From positions 1-58,537 of the forward strand of contig JAHECN010000002.1 of NCBI GenBank assembly GCA_024641735.1: a stretch of DNA of 58,537 nt, given 5' to 3'. Under the pieces are notes generated by a model. It did no database searches, was not told the origin of the DNA, and saw only the letters and a program-made list of their open reading frames with translations. Numbering within the stretch: position 1 is the stretch's first letter; every line of letters starts with the position of its first letter. The position numbers and the translations under genes were made by a program. This document shows, in pieces, positions 16,060 to 22,837 of the stretch. This DNA comes from Gemmatimonadota bacterium. GTDB taxonomy: Bacteria; Gemmatimonadota; Gemmatimonadetes; Gemmatimonadales; GWC2-71-9.

Positions 16060-18106
16060 GCCGCACCACCCTCGGGTAGAACCACACGAGAAGGCCGACG
16101 ATCAGCAGCCCCGCCAAAATGAAGAGAACCGTGCGATAGCGCGCCCACCAACTGGCAGCGTTTTCGGGGAGTTGCTCCAGCCGCCATCCCGCGTTCGCCA
16201 ACGTCAGCGATCGTGCTGGGCCATCGACGCCGCGGATCACCAGGTCGCCGCGTGTGCCGAACCAGCCGTAGGGTGCGAGGGTTTCGTCGAGCAACTGGAG
16301 CAGCGGGGCACCCTCTGCGCCGGTGTGGTGGAGCAGGAGAATGTCGCGGCCACCGGCAGACCATCCCTGCATCGTCGCATAGGTTGTGCTGGGCGAGAAT
16401 TCGTCCCAGACCTTGCCGTCACGATCCCGCAGACGGAAGCCATCGGAATGAATTGGCGCCTCAAGGACATCCGCGAGATGACTGGTCCCAATTGCCAGGA
16501 GTGGACCGACGGCCTCTCCCGCGTCCCGTGCCACCGCGGGTGCGAGCGGAGTGCGCGTGGTCTGCTGCATCGCGCCGATCGTCTGGGCCGCCAATTCCAC
16601 GCGGAAGCGATCCATTGGATCGAGTAGCACCGAGAACGCGGGGATGTACGCGGACGGGAAGCGACCGAAGCCCGGAGGGAGGGCATTGGCGCGATCCGTC
16701 ACAAACGAGGACGAGGGGTCGATCGTCGCAGTGAACACCGCACCACCCAACACGCAGGCACCCTCGCCGAGAACCACCTGGAATCGCACTTCGAGCACAT
16801 TGTCGCGCAGCAGCAGGTGCGACGGGAGGGGAACCACGACGTCGAGGGACGAGCGTTCAAGGGTTCGGGAGTAGACGAGCGCGCCGTTGAGATGCACACG
16901 CAACGATCCGTTGCCAGCCGGCGGCAAGACGGAGTGCTGTACCACGAGCCGGAGCGCCGAGGGGATCGTCGTCCCTCCGAGGTCGGCGAGGGCGAACGGG
17001 TATGCGGCACTCATCAGTGTCGCCCCTTCGACGGTGCGACTCGGGAAGCCAAGCGTCTCGAACGTCACCGTCCCGGCACCACCGACCGGAGCATTGTGGT
17101 CGAGCGAAGCGGTCGTCCCGCTGAACCCGGGAGCGGCCACGACGGCATCGCCATCGGCGAGCGTGAAGAGCTGCCTGGCATCACGCCGTGCGGCGATCGC
17201 GAGCATGGTGCCCGCGGAACTATCCGAGCGCAGGAGTTCCGTGGTCCCGGTCGGCGACCAGACCAGGGCGCGCGCAAAGGGCCCCGGCTCCGTCATCGGT
17301 GTGCCAGCCGGCGGAAGAGGGCGAATGAGGAACTTGGTGCTCATGCCGCGATAGCGGCGCCCCATGAACGCGGACGCATCCAGCGCGGCTTGTGCGGCGT
17401 CGCGGCTTGGCAGGTCGGCGACGTAGAACGTGACCGATTCGAGCCAGGGCTCGAAGAATCCATTGACCGTCGTGGGCGGCCGCGGTGCACCGCTATAGGT
17501 GATCGCGCTCGACGGATCGATGACCGTGCGATAGTACCGCTGCGCCTCGCACACATCCCGGCCCGGCACCATCAGTCCGAGCGTGAGCGTCGCACGCCCA
17601 TCATCCGCGCGAATCTGCTGCAGCGGAAGCGAGAGCGACGAGGTGGTGTCCGTCAGCGCGCGCTGCGCCAGAATCCGGTCGCGCTGCATCAGCACGAGGG
17701 TCGCAGCGGGCATCCCTGGAGTCGGAATGAGGCGCAATTCCAAAGCGGTCGGTGTCAGCCCGCTGTTGACGGGAAGCGTGATTGTGGCCTGGTCAGAAGA
17801 GCCATTGAGCGTGAATCCGGATGCGTAGCCGATGTCTTGGAGCGAGAGGGTCAAGGCCGTTGACTCGGTGGTGAGCCAGTCACTGGCAAGCCCACGGGGG
17901 CTCGGGCGGTACTCGCCGCTCCCGTTTCCGCCGCTGTCAACGCGTGCTGGCGCCGCTGCGGCAAGCGAATCAACGACTGCTGGGGTCGGAGCCGCCGGTA
18001 CGTCGACTTGCTCCGTGTCGGGCCCTTGGCCGCACGCTGCGAGGATGGTGAGCCCTGTCATCAGGGTCGCCAAGGGAATCCGCATTGGGTTCATTCGCGT
18101 CTGCAT
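16037..18106 (-). CDS. Periplasmic lipoprotein with single C-terminal TM anchor, BcsB-like synthase partner (putative)
   Basis: Start placed at ATG 18106, after the strong RBS GGAGGAAGG. MQTRMNPMRIPLATLMTGLTILAAC signal with lipobox. About 640 aa periplasmic, with two similar ...L..L.V.LNG... modules. C-terminal TM VLFILAGLLIVGLLVWF. 23-nt overlap with the synthase gene. Confidence 0.55.
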   Translation of the reverse strand: MQTRMNPMRIPLATLMTGLTILAACGQGPDTEQVDVPAAPTPAVVDSLAAAAPARVDSGGNGSGEYRPSPRGLASDWLTTESTALTLSLQDIGYASGFTLNGSSDQATITLPVNSGLTPTALELRLIPTPGMPAATLVLMQRDRILAQRALTDTTSSLSLPLQQIRADDGRATLTLGLMVPGRDVCEAQRYYRTVIDPSSAITYSGAPRPPTTVNGFFEPWLESVTFYVADLPSRDAAQAALDASAFMGRRYRGMSTKFLIRPLPPAGTPMTEPGPFARALVWSPTGTTELLRSDSSAGTMLAIAARRDARQLFTLADGDAVVAAPGFSGTTASLDHNAPVGGAGTVTFETLGFPSRTVEGATLMSAAYPFALADLGGTTIPSALRLVVQHSVLPPAGNGSLRVHLNGALVYSRTLERSSLDVVVPLPSHLLLRDNVLEVRFQVVLGEGACVLGGAVFTATIDPSSSFVTDRANALPPGFGRFPSAYIPAFSVLLDPMDRFRVELAAQTIGAMQQTTRTPLAPAVARDAGEAVGPLLAIGTSHLADVLEAPIHSDGFRLRDRDGKVWDEFSPSTTYATMQGWSAGGRDILLLHHTGAEGAPLLQLLDETLAPYGWFGTRGDLVIRGVDGPARSLTLANAGWRLEQLPENAASWWARYRTVLFILAGLLIVGLLVWFYPRVVRRELDPAG

Positions 18107-18135
18107 CGGTCCTTCCTCCGTTCCGTCATGCGGCC

Positions 18136-19680
18136 TCAACGACGCCGCCAGATCTCCAGTCCACCCTCAGCAAATCGTCGTTCAAATCGTTCCTGAAAAG
18201 CGACCCGGTCCACGATCGCCTCGGTCACCACGTTCGGTTGGGCTCGAGTATCTACGACCACCCAATCCACGACCTCTTCCGGTGTCGCCAAAGCTGCTGG
18301 CCCAAGCTCCCACGACCAGCTGTAGATCCGATCGCGCAGCGCGATCCGGCTTCGCGGCGAGATGTTGACCATCTGGTCGACCAGAACCCGCCCCCCGTCG
18401 TACTCTGCCGCCAGCCAATCCGACGCGTGTTGCTGGCGCGGATCACCGTCGCGGATTGCCAATCCCTCGCGCAGGGCGCCAATGTGGGCGGTCCCCGCAT
18501 AGCTCCAGAGGCCGAATTGGGCCACGATCACTGCTCCAAGAGCGAGGAGCGTGCCCCGTTGCCAGATTCCGCCACGCCGGAGGCCTCGGGATGCCACCAG
18601 GGCGATCGCGACGGCCACGGCGGGCAGGAGCATCACCCCGTAGCGCAGGTTGGCGACTCCCGGTGGGACGCTCCAGGGAAGGGAGATCGCGCTCTGGCCG
18701 CCCCAGAGGGCAAGGATGTTGAACGGCAGGGCGGCGAAGAGGAGAAGTGCCCCAGCAAAGCGCCGGGAGTGTCGCAGGAGTACGAGGATGGCCAGGAGCC
18801 CAACAACGGTCAGGAGCATCCCCACCGTCAGCCCGGTCGCGCCGAGGTAGGTGGTCGTGGCCAGCAGGGGATGGCCCTTGGTGGGCAGGAGGCCCTGCGC
18901 GGCCAAAGCCGTTTGCTGGCTCTGGGCGGACCACGCACCGCGCTGAAATTCGAGTGCGTCCCCGAAGTAATAGGCGTTGTACCCCAGCCACGCGGCGACC
19001 ATCGCGGCGCTCGGCCACGCAAACCGCCAGGAAGCCCGGAACCACCCCGTCCTGCGGGCGTGGGCCACCCAGGCCACGACCGGGACCGCGATCACCACGT
19101 AGAACCAGCCATCATATCGAGAGCCGACCGCCATCGCTGCCAGCACCCCCGACCACCGGAGGGCACGCGCACTGCCGTCCTCGGCCCAGCGATCAAGCGC
19201 CGCGACAGAGGTTGTCATGAACGCCAGGAGCAGCGGCTCCGTCATCCCGGTGGACTGGAGGTAGAGCAGACTGGGGTTCGCGACGACCAGCAGGGTGCCG
19301 ACCCAGGCAAGCTTGGGATGACCCGTCCGTCGAACCAGGAGATCGTGCACGGCGGCTGCGGTCGCCATGAAGGCGCAAATTCCGAGGATGCCACCGGCGA
19401 CGCCGTTCCACCACCAGGCGTCAACCATCGTGAACGGAATCATCAGGAGGTGCGGAACGGGGAGCCAGACGGTCCCGAGCATCTGGATGCCGGGGGTCAA
19501 GGAGTCGGTGACCCGCCGGGCGATATCAAGGTGCGCCTGCGCGTCCCAAAAGGCGAAGACCACACCCGCTTGATGCGCCCAGATCTGGGCCACGAGGCCG
19601 AGCACAAACGCAACGAGGCCGGCCATCATGGCCGGCCTCAATGAGCCGTGTGCCTCCACGGAGTTGGTCGGTTCAGACAT
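18136..19680 (-). CDS. Polytopic inner-membrane protein with C-terminal soluble domain (GT-C/ArnT-PMT-like suspected)
   Basis: ATG at 19680. About 12 hydrophobic helices. The first loop contains FWDAQAHLD. The hydrophilic C-terminal roughly 110 aa resemble the tail of 12855..14249. 8-nt overlap with the PEP-CTERM gene. Confidence 0.5.
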   Translation of the reverse strand: MSEPTNSVEAHGSLRPAMMAGLVAFVLGLVAQIWAHQAGVVFAFWDAQAHLDIARRVTDSLTPGIQMLGTVWLPVPHLLMIPFTMVDAWWWNGVAGGILGICAFMATAAAVHDLLVRRTGHPKLAWVGTLLVVANPSLLYLQSTGMTEPLLLAFMTTSVAALDRWAEDGSARALRWSGVLAAMAVGSRYDGWFYVVIAVPVVAWVAHARRTGWFRASWRFAWPSAAMVAAWLGYNAYYFGDALEFQRGAWSAQSQQTALAAQGLLPTKGHPLLATTTYLGATGLTVGMLLTVVGLLAILVLLRHSRRFAGALLLFAALPFNILALWGGQSAISLPWSVPPGVANLRYGVMLLPAVAVAIALVASRGLRRGGIWQRGTLLALGAVIVAQFGLWSYAGTAHIGALREGLAIRDGDPRQQHASDWLAAEYDGGRVLVDQMVNISPRSRIALRDRIYSWSWELGPAALATPEEVVDWVVVDTRAQPNVVTEAIVDRVAFQERFERRFAEGGLEIWRRR

Positions 19681-20422
19681 CCCGTGCTGCTGCGAGGCGA
19701 CGCTTCTTCCGCGCGGCCGCGAGTCCGATCAGGCCACTCCCCAGCAGGGTCATCGTGGCGGGCTCGGGAACGACTTCGGTCGGCGGCGAGATGTCGTCGG
19801 GGCGAAGAGTAAAGATCGCGTTGTCAAAGTCCCAGTCGCTGTGCTCGTAGCCGACGTCCTCGAATCCGAACGCAAGCAATCCCTGGGTTCCGGGAATGAT
19901 GCCAACCCCTTGGTTTCCGGCGACACCAGCTGTCCCGAAATATGCCACGTGGGCGAGTTGGTCGTAGTTGCGCGTCGGATCACCGGAGAAGAACCAGAGC
20001 CAGTTGTTGTTCATGTTGACCTGCAACCCGAAAATCACTTCCGTGCCGGGCGTCCACGCGAGCGTGTAGGTCTGCGGTGCCGTCGGGGTCGGGAGGTCGA
20101 GATAGGGGTTGGTGTACGCGCCATAATTCTTCGTGAACATCGCCGTCCCGCCGGAGCAACTGCCGCCAGCCCACGCAAAGCAGGTTCCGCCCGATGCATT
20201 GGCCGAGAATTCAGCCGCCGTGAAGGCCCATACCGTGTGCCCATAGACGGTCGTGTTCTCCCACCCGAAGTAGGAGACGAAGAGGGAGCTCCCAGCGGCG
20301 AGAATCGGACTGCTCATTCCGAAGGTTGGTCCGAACAGTTTGGGATGGTCAGCGCGCAACGGGCCAGCCAGCGTCAGCAGCGCCACGAAGGCGAGCGAGA
20401 TTCGGGTTGTCATGGTACGCAT
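19673..20422 (-). CDS. PEP-CTERM sorting-signal protein with DUF4114-like domain
   Basis: Start placed at ATG 20422 (GAGG 6 nt upstream; MRTMTTRISLAFVALLTLAGPLRA signal). The C-terminus VPEPATMTLLGSGLIGLAAARKKRR is a PEP motif plus TM plus Arg/Lys cluster. The preceding FGFEDVGYEHSDWDFDNAIF resembles DUF4114. Confidence 0.8.
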   Translation of the reverse strand: MRTMTTRISLAFVALLTLAGPLRADHPKLFGPTFGMSSPILAAGSSLFVSYFGWENTTVYGHTVWAFTAAEFSANASGGTCFAWAGGSCSGGTAMFTKNYGAYTNPYLDLPTPTAPQTYTLAWTPGTEVIFGLQVNMNNNWLWFFSGDPTRNYDQLAHVAYFGTAGVAGNQGVGIIPGTQGLLAFGFEDVGYEHSDWDFDNAIFTLRPDDISPPTEVVPEPATMTLLGSGLIGLAAARKKRRLAAARDV

Positions 20423-20538
20423 AAGAGCCTCGGTCATCGGCACCGGAATGGCACCGCCCCCGTCCAAGGAGCAAGGGGGAGGCCAAGCCCGCGGAGACCG
20501 TGGCAAAGTGTTGATATTGCACGTCTTGCGCAACAGGT

Positions 20539-20554
20539 GTTGCCTCAAGGCAAC
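20539..20554. promoter_or_regulatory. Perfect 16-bp palindrome upstream of the EPS-like locus (possible operator)
   Basis: GTTGCC-TCAA-GGCAAC, about 120 nt upstream of the PEP-CTERM gene start, in the 208-nt thrC / locus spacer. Confidence 0.2.
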
Positions 20555-20630
20555 CGCTCAAATACGCAAAGTGCGGTAGGGGGTCATCAGTTTTCGGTTG
20601 TTTTGTGGCGTAGCTGCAACAAGCGCGACG

Positions 20631-21917
20631 CTATTTCCCATCAGCCGAGGCGTCCAGAACACGGCGGACTGCATCGATGTCTGGCGTGATGCGGATCGGG
20701 CGATTCGCCCACGCTGGTGGGGGCTCCATCTCCTGGTGCATCAGCTTCAGGACCCCGGAGTCCTTCAGTACGTGCCCCGTCAGGACCCCAACCACCTGAT
20801 CTCCTGGGCGAATGACCCCCTGCTCCCTGAGCTTCCTGACGCCAGCGACGGTGGCGGCACTGGCCGGTTCACATCCGACGCCTGCCCGGTCGATCACCGC
20901 CTTTGCCTCCAGGATTTCGGCATCGGTCACGGAGCAGACCACCCCATCGGTCGCCCGGATGGCCCGGACACCGCGTTCGTAGCTGGCCGGTGCGCCGATC
21001 TTGATGGCGGTCGCCACCGTCTCGGCGGCCATCGGCTCCAGATGATCAAAGCCACGAGCGAAGGCCCGGGCGAAAGGCGACGCCCCCTCCGCCTGAATCG
21101 CCGCGAGGCGTGGGAGTCGTGAGATCAATCCCCACGCGTGTGCTTCCGCGAGCGCTTTCCCGAAGGCCGAGGTGTTTCCGAGATTCCCGGCCGGAAAGAC
21201 AACCCAGTCCGGGACGGTCCAGTCTAGTTGCATCAGCATCTCGAGGACGATCGTCTTTTGTCCCTCGAGTCGGAACGGATTGATCGAATTGAGCAGGTAG
21301 ATCCCCAGCGCGTCGCTCGCCTCCTCGACCAAGCGCAGGCAGGCGTCGAAGTCACCCGGCACCAGCAAGGTTCGCGCGCCGTAGGCGAGTGACTGGGTCA
21401 GCTTGCCGATCGCGATCTGTCCTTCCGGAACAAAGACCAGCGCGGGGAGCCCGGCCTGTGCAGCGTAGGACGCAAGTGAGGCGGACGTGTTTCCGGTCGA
21501 GGCACACGCCACCGCGCGCGCGCCAATGCGCGCAGCTTGGGTCACGCCGACCGTCATGCCGCGGTCCTTGAAGGAGCCGGTCGGGTTGTGCCCCTCGTGC
21601 TTGAGCAGCAGGGAATCGATATCTGCCCACGCACTGATCGCGGGACGAGAGAGCAGGGGGGTATTGCCTTCTGGGTGTGTGACGGCGGTCGCCGTGGCGG
21701 TCGGCAGCACGATCTCCCCGAAGCGCCACACCCCGGAGGAGTGCCTATTGTCGGCGGTCCCGAATCGCGCGCGCAGTTCGGTGGGTGTCCCAACGGGTGG
21801 CGTATGGACGATCGCCAGCAAGCCGCCGCATTCCCGACAACGCGGCGACGCGTCGCGTTCATCGAACTCTGCGCCACAGGCGTCACAGCGCTGCCAACTC
21901 TTGCGTTCCGTGGTCAC
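20631..21917 (-). CDS. thrC: Threonine synthase
   Basis: N-terminal Cys4 ribbon (CDACG...CRECGG). PLP-lysine motif NPTGSFKDRG. 4-nt overlap with thrB. Confidence 0.9.
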   Translation of the reverse strand: MTTERKSWQRCDACGAEFDERDASPRCRECGGLLAIVHTPPVGTPTELRARFGTADNRHSSGVWRFGEIVLPTATATAVTHPEGNTPLLSRPAISAWADIDSLLLKHEGHNPTGSFKDRGMTVGVTQAARIGARAVACASTGNTSASLASYAAQAGLPALVFVPEGQIAIGKLTQSLAYGARTLLVPGDFDACLRLVEEASDALGIYLLNSINPFRLEGQKTIVLEMLMQLDWTVPDWVVFPAGNLGNTSAFGKALAEAHAWGLISRLPRLAAIQAEGASPFARAFARGFDHLEPMAAETVATAIKIGAPASYERGVRAIRATDGVVCSVTDAEILEAKAVIDRAGVGCEPASAATVAGVRKLREQGVIRPGDQVVGVLTGHVLKDSGVLKLMHQEMEPPPAWANRPIRITPDIDAVRRVLDASADGK

Positions 21918-22837
21918 ACTTCCCTCGCCCCGTGATGGTCGACTCGCGCGATGCGTCCCTGACTCGGCATTCCCGCCTCGGTATAGGCCGCGGTCATGGC
22001 AGCGAGGACCCGCGCCCCAATCGCATCGTCCTCCACCAGTGCAAACGCCGTCGGTCCGGCGCCACTGATGGAGCCACCTAGGGCGCCTGCGGCCAGTGCC
22101 GCGTCCTGGGCCTCTGCAAAGCCCGGGAGCAGCGGTGCCCGCGCCGGTTCCGCGATGCGATCAGAAATGCCACGCCCCAGCAGTGCCAGATCGCCGAGAC
22201 ACGCGCCGGCCACCATGGCCGCAACATGCGCCGCCTGATGGAGTGCGATCTCTCGGGAGACGACGTCAGGGAGCACCGCGCGCGCATCGCGTGTCTTCAT
22301 CTGTTGCGCTGGGTGGACCAATACGACGCGAAGGTGATCCGGGATCGGCAACCGAATGACGTCCATCGGTTCCACGCTTCGAACCAAAACCAAGCCACCA
22401 AGCAGTGACGGTGCGAGGTTGTCCGCGTGTCGTCCCGCCACGGTGGCCTCGGCCTCCATCGCGCACTCGAGCAACGCCGCGGTGTCGAGCGCGGCCTTGG
22501 CGAGGAGGTTGGCGGCCACGGCGCCGGCGACGGCAGAGGCAGCGCTCCCGCCCTGTCCCCCGGACAGCGGCAGTCCCTTCTCGATCCGGAGTGCAATCCC
22601 GCGCGCGATCCCTGCGCGGCGCAGGACGGCCGCCGCGGCGATCGCGGCCGTGTTGCGACTCGGGTCGGTCGGGAGCTCCGGATGTCCGGCGTCGAGAACC
22701 ACGAGCGCGCCACCAGTATGCCACTCGGCGTGCACCGTATCCCCGCGCCCTGCGATGGCGAGGCCAAGGATGTCGAGCCCTGGTCCGACATTCCCGACAG
22801 ATCCGGGTGCGAAGACCGAGACATGGTTGGCGCTCAT
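21914..22837 (-). CDS. thrB: Homoserine kinase (GHMP kinase)
   Basis: VFAPGSVGNVGPGLDILG N-terminus. GHMP motif GLPLSGGQGGSAASAVA. 4-nt overlaps with thrA and thrC. Confidence 0.85.
   Translation of the reverse strand: MSANHVSVFAPGSVGNVGPGLDILGLAIAGRGDTVHAEWHTGGALVVLDAGHPELPTDPSRNTAAIAAAAVLRRAGIARGIALRIEKGLPLSGGQGGSAASAVAGAVAANLLAKAALDTAALLECAMEAEATVAGRHADNLAPSLLGGLVLVRSVEPMDVIRLPIPDHLRVVLVHPAQQMKTRDARAVLPDVVSREIALHQAAHVAAMVAGACLGDLALLGRGISDRIAEPARAPLLPGFAEAQDAALAAGALGGSISGAGPTAFALVEDDAIGARVLAAMTAAYTEAGMPSQGRIARVDHHGAREV

Noticed and set aside
18136-19680. The 514-aa membrane protein next to the PEP-CTERM gene as a candidate exosortase.
   Set aside because: Exosortases carry a conserved catalytic Cys in a CSG-like context, plus Arg and His. 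This protein has a single Cys in a TM helix (GILGICAFM) with no such motif, and a paralog lies downstream. A GT-C-like role seems more likely.
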